A program made the position numbers and the translations under genes. DNA of 64,000 nt. Source: Acidimicrobiales bacterium. GTDB taxonomy: Bacteria; Actinomycetota; Acidimicrobiia; Acidimicrobiales; JBOGGX01. The notes beneath the pieces were generated by a model. The model was not told where the DNA came from. It did not search any database and worked only from the letters and a program-made list of their open reading frames with translations. Of this stretch, positions 27,769 through 35,991 are shown in pieces. The DNA lies in contig JBOGGX010000238.1 in assembly GCA_050744245.1 (NCBI GenBank), forward strand, positions 287 through 64,286. Direction: 5' to 3'. Each line of letters begins with the position of its first letter. The stretch's first letter is position 1.

Positions 27769-27971
27769 CAGTCCTGCGCTCCGTGACCGTCGCTGATGTG
27801 GGCCGCGAGCGTGTCGACCAGAGTGTTCAGGGTGGTCTCGATGCGGCCCAGGTGGTCGGCGATCTGGCCGAGGGCGGTGGCGACGGTGATCTGAAAGTGG
27901 CCGAACTCGCCGCGGAAGGTGGTGAGGTCCGCTCGGAGCTCCCCCAGCTCGGAGGGCGGTACGGTGGACAT
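27768..27971 (-). CDS. small hypothetical protein (67 aa, helical) upstream of integrase
   Basis: Internal ATG (27971) of ORF 27768-28451: MSTVPPSELGELRADLTTFRGEFGHFQITVATALGQIADHLGRIETTLNTLVDTLAAHISDGHGAQD. Its stop overlaps the integrase ATG. Confidence 0.4.
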   Translation of the reverse strand: MSTVPPSELGELRADLTTFRGEFGHFQITVATALGQIADHLGRIETTLNTLVDTLAAHISDGHGAQD

Positions 27972-28128
27972 GCCACTCAGGTCCTTACTGGGTGGCCGGG
28001 CCCCGGGCCGTTGAGGCGGCGCCGGGGCTACTTCGGCTCGGACCCTACCTACGTTTTCGCGGGTTTGCTTGGTGGTGTGCTTGGTGGGGGCCGCTCCCAC
28101 CCGCTCCGAAAAGTGCCTCTGACCTGCG

Positions 28129-28201
28129 CAGCCCCAACGGGGTTCGAACCCGTGTCTCCACCTTGAGAGGGTGGTGTCCTCGGCCTCTAGACGATGGGGC
28201 C
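28129..28201 (-). tRNA. tRNA-Glu (anticodon CUC)
   Basis: Hand-folded 73-nt cloverleaf from the reverse complement:
- acceptor GGCCCCA/TGGGGCT;
- D arm GTCT..GGAC;
- anticodon stem CCACC/GGTGG with loop CTCTCAA;
- T arm ACGGG-TTCGAAC-CCCGT;
- discriminator G; no encoded CCA. Confidence 0.85.
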
Positions 28202-28329
28202 CCGGAATTGGTGAAGGGGCACGATAGCAGCATCGTGCCCCTTCCCGACCGGCCGGACGAATGACCAGGTTCCCGCTGAGGGTCGCCGTCCGGCGACTGT
28301 CGATCTGCTGTTTGTCAGGTGCTCGCAGG

Positions 28330-29100
28330 TCAGCTGGCGAGCTGGGCCAGCTCGAGATCGCGATCATCCACGCCGGACGTGGCCGACGCCATCGGCGACG
28401 CCTGCACCGCCGTGTCCTCGACCTCGACCGGACGCAGGACGTAGCCGACACCCCGGACCGTATGGATGATGCGGGGGCCGGCGGCCTCGAGCTTGCGCCG
28501 CAGCGCAGATACGTGCACCTCGACCAGGTTCACGTCGTAATGGTCGAAGCCCCACACCTTGGTGAGCAGCTGGTTCTTCGAGAGCACCAGCCCGCGGTGT
28601 TGGCACAACACGGCCAGCAACGAGAACTCGATCGCCGTCAGGTCGAGCATGGCGCCGCCCCGCTCCACCAGATGGGCCGGCTCGTCGATGAGAAGATCGC
28701 CGAGCTGCAGCCGACCCTCGCGGTGGCCGCAGCGGCGCAGGATGGCCCGCACCTTGAAGACGAGCTCGGCCAGCGAGAAGGGCTTGCCCAGCACCTCGTC
28801 GGCGCCGGCCTCGAGGCCGGCCAGCCGATCCTCGATGCGCTCCGATGAGGTGAGCACGACGATCGGCACGTCGCTCGCCGACCGCACCCGGTTGACCTTC
28901 GCCGACCGTTCCGCGAGCGACTCGCCCGCGACATCCATCACCAGAAGGTGGGGCCGGGTGTCGAGGAGCAACCGCTCCACCGGTGAACCCGCCGGCTCGC
29001 GGTTCACCGCGTAGCCACCGTTGCGCAAGGCCTCACCAACCGCATCACTCAGGAACTCGTCGTCCGCCACGACGAGCACTCGCCGCATTCCGCCGTTCAT
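28330..29100 (-). CDS. OmpR/PhoB-family response regulator (orphan; no adjacent histidine kinase)
   Basis: 256-aa ORF. The receiver has acidic pocket VVADDE, the phospho-acceptor in LLVMDV, VVLTS and GKPF. The winged-helix output is LTAIEFSLLAVLCQHRGLVLSKNQLLTKVWGFDHYDVNLVEVHVSALRRKLE....IIHTVRGVGYVLR. Confidence 0.9.
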   Translation of the reverse strand: MNGGMRRVLVVADDEFLSDAVGEALRNGGYAVNREPAGSPVERLLLDTRPHLLVMDVAGESLAERSAKVNRVRSASDVPIVVLTSSERIEDRLAGLEAGADEVLGKPFSLAELVFKVRAILRRCGHREGRLQLGDLLIDEPAHLVERGGAMLDLTAIEFSLLAVLCQHRGLVLSKNQLLTKVWGFDHYDVNLVEVHVSALRRKLEAAGPRIIHTVRGVGYVLRPVEVEDTAVQASPMASATSGVDDRDLELAQLAS

Positions 29101-29401
29101 GGTTCTTCACCCGCCCAGACTTGTTGGTTCAGCTTCCGCCGCTTGCACTTCCGCCCTGCAACCGCGTCCGCCGCACAACTCCCAGCGCCCGCAGACAGCA
29201 TCGTACGGCGACGCGCGCGAGGCGACATGGGCCAGATGACCCCTTTCTCGCGCGTCGCCAGGGTCGGCGAACGATCGATCGCACGGAGGGTGATTCCGGC
29301 CGCACGGCGCCGTCAGCCCACCCAACGGTGCGCAGCGTCCCCCGCACGTTGAGGGGCGACAGAAGCCCCGAAGGAGCACGGGCGACGGACGCGTCCGGCC
29401 C

Positions 29402-29456
29402 GTTCAGACAACCCTCAGTCCGACTTCAGCCCCGCTTCAGATGCCCGGCCGAGACT
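29402..29456 (+). promoter_or_regulatory. S1: 4 x 11-bp phased hexamer array + -10-like hexamer, facing the priming glycosyltransferase
   Basis: GTTCAG-acaac-CCTCAG-tccga-CTTCAG-ccccg-CTTCAG-atgcccggcc-GAGACT. Hexamers start at 29402, 29413, 29424 and 29435. GTG at 29506 has GGAGG 7 nt upstream. Confidence 0.7.
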
Positions 29457-29505
29457 GCCGCTCGACCCAGCCAGAAGGCGGACGGGTGGGACAGGAGGGT
29501 CAACG

Positions 29506-31152
29506 GTGGGGCTTTCCCTACACGAGCGAGACGGACTACGACAACTCGACCAGCGGCGGCGGCGGCGACCCGGCCCACCCATCGCGGCCGTGCACGAGTC
29601 CCCCGGGTCCGAGCGCGACGACAATCGTGCTGCCGTACACCGCGATGGCGTCTGGCCCGACGATGCCGTGTCTCCCGATCGTCGCCCATCCGCGCTTCGC
29701 CGACGGCTGCTGGCCGTCGACATCGTCGCCCTCGTCGTTGGTTGGACCATCGGTTGGATGTTCTTCGGCGACGGACTCCGCGGCCCGGTGTTCGCCGTGA
29801 GCACCGGTGTCGGCATGGTTGCCGTCGGGGTCGTTGCCAGCATGGCCGCGTTCTCCGTCGCGTGCCTGTACCGCCCGCCGCTCAACGGCATCCGCTCGGG
29901 GGCCTTGGCTCGACTTGTTCAATGCATGGCGATCACCGCCGTCGTGGTGGTGGCCTGGCAGGCGCTCGTCGAGGACGTGATCCTCGGGCTCGCCATCGGA
30001 TCGGCCGCCGTCGCCCTGCTCACCACGGTCCTCGCTCGCTACGGGTTCGACGTGTGGCTGATCGGTCGGCGCGAACAGGGCGACTTCCGCACACGGGTCG
30101 TCGTGGCCGGTGCCGCCAACGAGACCACGACCCTCGTCGACTTCCTCGAGCTCAACCCGGAAGCCGGGTTCGAGCCGACCGCCATTGTCGGGGAGCGCCC
30201 GGCGATGGCGACCGACGCCACCGAGGTGGCGCCCTACCTCGGAACCCTGTCGCAGGCCCACGAGGCCGTGCGCCAGACCGGCGCCGCCGGCGTGCTCGTC
30301 GGTGCCAACGGGCTCCCGAGCGACACGGTGAACGAGCTGGTCCACCACCTGTCCCTGGCCGGCATCCCGGTGCATCTGTCCAGCGGGCTCACCGGCGTGT
30401 CCCGGGCCCGCTTCCGGACCGTCGCGCTGGCCCACGAGCCGATCGTCATGGTGCGACCGCCTCGCCACTCGGCCGTGCAGGAGCTGGCCAAGAGAGCGAT
30501 CGACATCGCCCTGGCCGCGGCCATGCTGGTGCTGGCCTCACCGATCCTGGCCGTCGCCGCCCTACTCATCAAGATCCACGACCGCGGCCCCATGCTGTTC
30601 CGCCAGCTGCGCATCGGCAAGGACGGCAAGCCGTTCACCGTGCTGAAGCTGCGCACCATGGAGGTCGACGCCGAGACGCGTCTGGCCGATCTGCGGCACC
30701 ACAACGAGCGCAACGGGCCGCTGTTCAAGGTGGCCCACGATCCGCGGGTCACCCCCGTCGGCGGGTTCCTCAGGGCCTCCGCGCTCGACGAGGTGCCCCA
30801 GCTCTTCAACGTCCTCGCCGGAACCATGAGCATCGTCGGACCCCGGCCCGCGCTTCCGGCGGAGACGGCAGAGTTCGACGACGAGCTCGGGCGCCGCCAT
30901 CTCGTGCGGCCGGGCGTGACCGGGCTCTGGCAGGTGGAAGCCAACCACAAGGCTTCCTTCGAGGAGTACCGCCGGCTCGACCTCTTCTACGTGGACAACT
31001 GGTCGGTCGGCCTCGACCTCGCCGTGATCATCGACACGGTCCCGGCCATCACTCGCCGAGCCCTCCGGGCTCTGCGTCGACCGGCACCGTCCGCCCCGGT
31101 GCCGGTCAGTTCGCCCCGACCCGTGCCCCGACCGATCGAAGTCGGTCGATGA
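29506..31152 (+). CDS. polyprenyl-phosphate glycosyl-1-phosphate transferase (WbaP/CpsE-type priming sugar transferase)
   Basis: 548-aa ORF. N-terminal TM segments are followed by a C-terminal bacterial sugar transferase domain: FRQLRIGKDGKPFTVLKLRTM...NGPLFKVAHDPRVTPVGGFLR..SLDEVPQLFNVLAGTMSIVGPRP. Confidence 0.85.
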   Translation: MGLSLHERDGLRQLDQRRRRRPGPPIAAVHESPGSERDDNRAAVHRDGVWPDDAVSPDRRPSALRRRLLAVDIVALVVGWTIGWMFFGDGLRGPVFAVSTGVGMVAVGVVASMAAFSVACLYRPPLNGIRSGALARLVQCMAITAVVVVAWQALVEDVILGLAIGSAAVALLTTVLARYGFDVWLIGRREQGDFRTRVVVAGAANETTTLVDFLELNPEAGFEPTAIVGERPAMATDATEVAPYLGTLSQAHEAVRQTGAAGVLVGANGLPSDTVNELVHHLSLAGIPVHLSSGLTGVSRARFRTVALAHEPIVMVRPPRHSAVQELAKRAIDIALAAAMLVLASPILAVAALLIKIHDRGPMLFRQLRIGKDGKPFTVLKLRTMEVDAETRLADLRHHNERNGPLFKVAHDPRVTPVGGFLRASALDEVPQLFNVLAGTMSIVGPRPALPAETAEFDDELGRRHLVRPGVTGLWQVEANHKASFEEYRRLDLFYVDNWSVGLDLAVIIDTVPAITRRALRALRRPAPSAPVPVSSPRPVPRPIEVGR

Positions 31153-31275
31153 CCGATCAGATCGCCGTCGAGCGGGCGCGCCGCCGTAGCGCGGTACGGC
31201 GCGACCGCGCCCCCACGACGGGTCGGCACGGGCGGGCGGGTTCGCTTCGCGGTCACGAGATCTGAGCCATCGACG

Positions 31276-32436
31276 ATGCTCCAGACAGTTGCCACCGGCG
31301 TCGCCGCCGCCCTCCTCGTTCCCGGCCTCGTGACCTCCACCCACCTTGGGGTGCTTGCAGGGGCGTCGCTGCGGTTTCGAGAGCGCCTGCCCAAGGGCGA
31401 CGTGCCGCCGATTCGATTCCTCGTGGTCATCCCCGCACACAACGAGGAACAGATGCTCGGCGACACCCTCCGGGCCATCAACACGGCGCGCCGAGAGCGC
31501 GACCAGGTCCTGGTCGTCGACGACCGCAGCCGCGACCGAACGTCGGAGATCGCAAAGGCCCACGGCGCGCTCGTACTGCGACGCAACCCCGGCGAAGAGC
31601 CCGGTCGGGCGGCCGCCCGGCAGGCGGCAGTCGAGTACTCCGCGGCGCTCGAGTGGGATGCCATGGTCATGATCGATGCCGACTCGGTCGTCGAGCCGGG
31701 CTTTTTCGACCTGTGTGAACGCATGTGCGCGACCGGCAGCGAGGTGTTCCAAGCCCGCAGCGAGGCCCAGCACGGCGACTCGCTGCTCGACCAGGTGGCG
31801 CTGGCGTCGTTCGCGCTCCAGGGCGTCACGATTCCGCGAGGCAGGGCCGCCCTGCGACTGCCGGTTCGGCTGCGGGGCACGGGCATGATCATGAGGCGCA
31901 ACATCGTTCGCCGCATGTCGTTCCATGCGAAGGCCGGGGAGGACCTTCAGGCTTCGCTTGACCTCCTGCGCGACGGGATCAGACCGGCACACCTCGATGC
32001 CGCCCGCCTCCGCTCGGCGAACGCCGGGTCCTGGGGTACGGCCACGACGCAGAAGCTCCGGTACGAGTCTGGGCGCTCGGCGGCCGCTCGCGCCTACGTC
32101 CCCGGCCTGTTCCGTACCCGGACCTGGGCCGGGCTCGAAGCGGCATGGTTCCTGCTGTCGCCGCCATTCGCGACCGCGGCCGGGTTGCTCGGCATCGGTG
32201 CCGCGTTGGCCCTGGTGGGTGGCGCCGTGCCGCTCGCCGTCGCGGGTGGCCTGGGAGTCGCGCTCCTGGCCTTCAGCCTCTCGGTTGGCGCAGTGCAGGC
32301 CAGGCTCGACCGCCGCTTCCTGCTCGCGCTCCTCGCCGCTCCGGGCTACGTCACCTGGAAGCTCGCGGTCCAGCTTCGAGCGATCGTCGGGCTCCGCCGA
32401 GGCCTCCGCGAGTTCGGGCCGACGGCGCGCAGCTGA
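31276..32436 (+). CDS. family-2 glycosyltransferase with C-terminal TM region
   Basis: 386-aa ORF with FLVVIPAHNEEQMLGDTLRAI..., VLVVDDRSRDRT and MIDADSVVEPGF (DxD-like). Hydrophobic C-terminal helices resemble processive or membrane GT2s. Confidence 0.85.
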   Translation: MLQTVATGVAAALLVPGLVTSTHLGVLAGASLRFRERLPKGDVPPIRFLVVIPAHNEEQMLGDTLRAINTARRERDQVLVVDDRSRDRTSEIAKAHGALVLRRNPGEEPGRAAARQAAVEYSAALEWDAMVMIDADSVVEPGFFDLCERMCATGSEVFQARSEAQHGDSLLDQVALASFALQGVTIPRGRAALRLPVRLRGTGMIMRRNIVRRMSFHAKAGEDLQASLDLLRDGIRPAHLDAARLRSANAGSWGTATTQKLRYESGRSAAARAYVPGLFRTRTWAGLEAAWFLLSPPFATAAGLLGIGAALALVGGAVPLAVAGGLGVALLAFSLSVGAVQARLDRRFLLALLAAPGYVTWKLAVQLRAIVGLRRGLREFGPTARS

Positions 32437-32600
32437 CCCGGGCCCGAGGGCTCGATGCCTGGATTGCCAACGGGCGTCTCCGGTGCCGAGGCATCATCTT
32501 CCTCCCCTGGGCGCCCGAACCTGGCCTTCAGTTCTCGACGCACGGGTGGTCGGAATTCGACCGCAGCTGCGTCGAGTTTGCGGGGGCTCGGGCCCGGCCC

Positions 32601-33428
32601 CTAGCCGTCGTCGGCCACAGGCCGGGGACGAAGCTGGAGGGTGCGGCCCGGGAGCGAAGTCATACGCCGTGCGGGCGCCGCGGCCACCGGGCGGGGAGCT
32701 CGCGCCCGGACCGACCGGTGCTTGGCGATCGACTCCGCGATGGCCGCGACCGCGAGCGTCAGCAACCCGCCGAGGGCGAGTGCGGCCATCGCCGATCGAA
32801 TGGTGGCCGAGAGGACCGTGGTGGTCTCGGCCGGCACAACCACGTCATCCGTGGTGATGAAATACCTCGGGTCGGTCCCTTGCGCCTCCTGCCGATCGTG
32901 GAGCACGGCCCTGACCTCGGCCAGCAGCACGGCGGCCGATGCGAGAGCGGCTTCGGGCGACGGCTCCTCTGCCGTCACTTCGATGATCGGTCCACGAGCG
33001 AAGTTCACGTTGCCGGCAACGTCATAGTCGCCGACGCCTCGCTCTTGAAGCGCCGCTCGCATCGTCTCGCCGGTGACGATGCGGGCGACGATGTCGACCA
33101 CGACAGAAAGATCGTTGAACCGCTCGTAGGCGTTCTCCGTGACCACGGTGGTCGCGGTGGGCGACAGCGCCGGCGGACTGGGAGGTTCGAGAAGCACCAT
33201 CGAGCCCGAGGCCTTGTACGTCGGCGGGGACGAAGCGACGGCGCCCGCGACCAGGAGCACGGTGAGGATCATGGCCGGCACTGTGACCCGCCACCGCCGA
33301 CCAACCAGCCGAAGGATCGATACGACATCCATGGAACGCCTCGTAGGTTCTGCTTCCTCCGCCGAAACCTCGCGAACGGTAGTCGCGGTCGGGACCGTTT
33401 CCTGGGCGAGGGAGAGATGTGCGTTCAT
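32601..33428 (-). CDS. Wzz-like polysaccharide chain-length determinant protein (no kinase domain), paralog 1
   Basis: Internal ATG (33428) of ORF 32601-33491. The fold is TM, then a periplasmic/extracellular region, then TM. About half the residues match 48609-49493 (e.g. RFNDLSV.VDIVAR, GP.IEVTA..PS.EAA, GTDPRY, TTTVL). Confidence 0.75.
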   Translation of the reverse strand: MNAHLSLAQETVPTATTVREVSAEEAEPTRRSMDVVSILRLVGRRWRVTVPAMILTVLLVAGAVASSPPTYKASGSMVLLEPPSPPALSPTATTVVTENAYERFNDLSVVVDIVARIVTGETMRAALQERGVGDYDVAGNVNFARGPIIEVTAEEPSPEAALASAAVLLAEVRAVLHDRQEAQGTDPRYFITTDDVVVPAETTTVLSATIRSAMAALALGGLLTLAVAAIAESIAKHRSVRARAPRPVAAAPARRMTSLPGRTLQLRPRPVADDG

Positions 33429-33492
33429 GGCCTGCTTCCTTTGACGCGAGCGTACCTGCGGACCCGCGGCTGAGAACCAGGCGGACCCCAAG

Positions 33493-33547
33493 CTTCAGGC
33501 GCGCCTCAGGGTGCCTTCAGCGGCCCTTCAAGGCTGGCTCGGACACT
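33493..33547 (+). promoter_or_regulatory. S2: 4 x 11-bp phased hexamer array + -10-like hexamer, facing the sugar-dehydrogenase operon
   Basis: CTTCAG-gcgcg-CCTCAG-ggtgc-CTTCAG-cggcc-CTTCAA-ggctggctcg-GACACT. Hexamers start at 33493, 33504, 33515 and 33526. ATG at 33585. Confidence 0.7.
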
Positions 33548-33584
33548 GGACGATGACGCAAACCGAGGACCAGAGCGAGGGCGG

Positions 33585-34856
33585 ATGGCAAGAGTGGAAA
33601 CCGCGAACAAGGTCGTTGTCGTCGGACTCGGCTACGTCGGCCTACCTCTCGCGCTCGAGGCCGTCGCGGCCGGGCACGACGTGACCGGGTACGACACCTC
33701 GACCGAGCGGGTCCGCCGGCTTCATGCCGCGGAGAGCTACGTCGACGACGTCGATGATGTCGACCTCAAGGAGGCACGCGAGACGGGCCGGTTCGTCGTG
33801 ACCGATCGCCTCGACGAGTGTCGCGGCTTCGACATCGCCATCATCGCCGTGCCCACACCACTGCGCGATGGCGCGCCAGAGCTCGAGTATGTCATCGGCG
33901 CCACGAAGGCGATCGGGACCATCCTCGCGGCCGGCGGCTGCGTCGTGCTCGAGTCGACCACCTACCCGGGCACGACCGAGCAACTGGTCGTGCCGCTCCT
34001 GGAGGAGACGTCCGGTCTGAAGGCCGGTCGAGACTTCTCCGTCGGCTACAGCCCCGAGCGCATCGACCCGGGCAACCCGGTCTGGACGATCGGCACCACA
34101 CCCAAGATCGTGTCGGGTATCGACCAGACGTCCGTCGAACGAGTGCGTCGGTTCTACGCCACGATCGTCGATCGGGTCGTGCCCGTGAAGGGCACCAAGG
34201 AAGCCGAGCTCGCCAAGCTCCTCGAGAACACGTTCCGTCACGTCAACATTGCCCTGGTCAACGAGCTCGCGGTCTATGCCCACGAGCTCGGGATCGACAT
34301 CTGGGATGTCATCGACGGCGCCGACAGCAAGCCGTTCGGCTTCATGCGGTTCTCGCCCGGCCCTGGGGTTGGCGGGCATTGCCTTCCCATCGACCCGAGC
34401 TACCTGTCGTGGCAGGTGCGGCGCCGACTGGGGACATCGTTTCGATTCATCGAGCTGGCGAACGACATCAACCAGCGCATGCCTGACTATGTCGTCAACC
34501 GCATCGGTCTCTCGCTGAACCGTCAACACCTCTCGGTCAGCGGTGCTCGGATCCTGCTGCTCGGCCTCGCCTACAAGCGGAACTCGGGCGACGCACGCGA
34601 GACACCTGCGGCCCGCGTCGCTGAACTGCTCGACCGGCTCGGCGCCGAGCTGCGCATCGCCGACCCACTGGTCGAGGAGAGCCCGTCGGTGCCGGGCCTG
34701 AGGGTCGAGGCCGACGCCGAGGAGATCGCTTCTGCCGACCTCGTCGTCGTGCTGACCGACCACGACGCGTTCGATTGGGACTCGGTGCGCACCAACGCTC
34801 GTGCGATCTTCGACACCCGTCACCGGCTGGAGGGACCGAACGTTGAACACCTCTGA
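33585..34856 (+). CDS. UDP-N-acetyl-hexosamine 6-dehydrogenase (UDP-glucose/GDP-mannose dehydrogenase family; WbpA/WecC-like)
   Basis: 423-aa ORF with VVVVGLGYVGLPLA, AIIAVPTP, GYSPERIDPGN, KLLENTFRHVNIALVNEL and GPGVGGHCLPIDP. Confidence 0.9.
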   Translation: MARVETANKVVVVGLGYVGLPLALEAVAAGHDVTGYDTSTERVRRLHAAESYVDDVDDVDLKEARETGRFVVTDRLDECRGFDIAIIAVPTPLRDGAPELEYVIGATKAIGTILAAGGCVVLESTTYPGTTEQLVVPLLEETSGLKAGRDFSVGYSPERIDPGNPVWTIGTTPKIVSGIDQTSVERVRRFYATIVDRVVPVKGTKEAELAKLLENTFRHVNIALVNELAVYAHELGIDIWDVIDGADSKPFGFMRFSPGPGVGGHCLPIDPSYLSWQVRRRLGTSFRFIELANDINQRMPDYVVNRIGLSLNRQHLSVSGARILLLGLAYKRNSGDARETPAARVAELLDRLGAELRIADPLVEESPSVPGLRVEADAEEIASADLVVVLTDHDAFDWDSVRTNARAIFDTRHRLEGPNVEHL

Positions 34857-35991
34857 GAAGTCCACGGCCCTTGGAGCGGGACGGCTCACGCCGCATGACG
34901 TCGAGGGCCTGCTCGACTTCGCCGACGGTGTGCTCCCGACCCTGCGCCATCGAGATGGCCTGTTCTGCTTCGATCGAGGATTCGACTCACCCGAACTTCG
35001 CGGCGTGTCGGTTCGCTACTCGATCCTCGTCCTGCTCGGACTCCTGAGGCGACGGACGACCGGCCGCGACTTCAGCATCGACGTCGAGGATCTCCATCGC
35101 AGCATTGCCAGCCGAGTCGACACGTTGGACGTCGGCGACCTCAGCCTGCTGCTCTGGGCCGAGGTCCGGATGGGCGCGGCGTCGGCTCCCGTGACGCTGG
35201 CCCGGCTCGCTCGGCGCTCGGCCGACCAGGAACGCCAAGGCCGACTCGAAGGCATGGAGGCCGCCTGGTTCGTCCTCGGCACGGCGGAGGCCACGGTGGC
35301 CGGGCTTCCCGCTCGGGAGCAGTTCGATGCCGCCTACGCCCACTTCCGGGCTCGTCGCTCACCTTCCTCCCCGCTCTTCCGTCACAACGCCACGGGGCGG
35401 GGGCGGGCCCGGCTTCCCAACTTCGCCACCCAGATCTACAGCCTGCTCGCCTTGGCCGAGACGGTCCGTCACGGCCTGGCCCACGACGCAGAGGGCGCCG
35501 GCCGCGCTCTGGCCGCCAAGCTCATCGAGCTCCGGCTGCCCGACGGTGGTTGGCCGTGGCTCTTCCACGCCGACCGGGGTTCCGTGGTCGAGCGCTACGA
35601 GGTGTACTCCGTGCACCAGGACGCCATGGCCCCCATGGCGCTCTTCGCCCTGGCCGAGGCGACCGGCGAACAGTCCTATGCCCGGGCCGCGGTCGAGGGG
35701 TTCCAATGGTGCTTCGGGAACAACGAGCTCGGCTTCGACTTCTACGACCGGGCCAACCACTTTGCGCATCGCTCGATCAAGCGGCGAGGTTGGGCGCACT
35801 CGGCCAACCTGTGGACCAACACCGCCCTCGGCGGCGTCCTGGGATCCGCCGCGAGAACCGACGCCGGCGGCCTCGAGATCAACGCCACCTGTCGGCCCTA
35901 TCACCTGGGGTGGATCCTCGAGGCATGGTCGGGGCGCGAGCATCTCAACTCCCTCGTGGCCGGCGAGCAGACGACCGAGGTTGTCGGATGA
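34843..35991 (+). CDS. hypothetical protein, possibly (alpha/alpha)-toroid fold; start uncertain
   Basis: ORF 34801-35991 with a TTG at 34843 overlapping the upstream stop. Motifs such as LRLPDGGWPWLF and VHQDAMAPMALFALAEATGE recall terpenoid-cyclase/epimerase-like toroid repeats. No firm family was assigned. Confidence 0.55.
   Translation: MNTSEKSTALGAGRLTPHDVEGLLDFADGVLPTLRHRDGLFCFDRGFDSPELRGVSVRYSILVLLGLLRRRTTGRDFSIDVEDLHRSIASRVDTLDVGDLSLLLWAEVRMGAASAPVTLARLARRSADQERQGRLEGMEAAWFVLGTAEATVAGLPAREQFDAAYAHFRARRSPSSPLFRHNATGRGRARLPNFATQIYSLLALAETVRHGLAHDAEGAGRALAAKLIELRLPDGGWPWLFHADRGSVVERYEVYSVHQDAMAPMALFALAEATGEQSYARAAVEGFQWCFGNNELGFDFYDRANHFAHRSIKRRGWAHSANLWTNTALGGVLGSAARTDAGGLEINATCRPYHLGWILEAWSGREHLNSLVAGEQTTEVVG

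Larger units (their letters stand above)
24290..28128. mobile_element. decayed integrative element next to the 3' end of tRNA-Glu
   Basis: The interval contains a transposase fragment, a broken hypothetical gene, a frameshifted tyrosine integrase and a small ORF, ending 0-40 bp from the tRNA 3' end. An 11-mer TTGGTGGGGGC occurs at both edges (24379-24389 and 28081-28091), each preceded by TTGGTG. Boundaries are not proven. Confidence 0.45.

Noticed and set aside
24379-28091. An 11-mer TTGGTGGGGGC at 24379-24389 and 28081-28091 as att sites of the integrase element.
   Set aside because: It is suggestive but short and G-rich, and it does not overlap the tRNA 3' end as tRNA-targeting integrases usually require. 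I therefore did not annotate it as attL/attR, only mentioned it.
32436-32595. An 11-12-bp inverted repeat (CCCGGGCCCGAG ... CTCGGGCCCGG) bracketing the convergent intergenic region between the GT2 gene and wzz1.
   Set aside because: The arms are ~150 bp apart, too far for a terminator hairpin. The GC-only composition makes chance occurrence plausible, and no other copy was seen.
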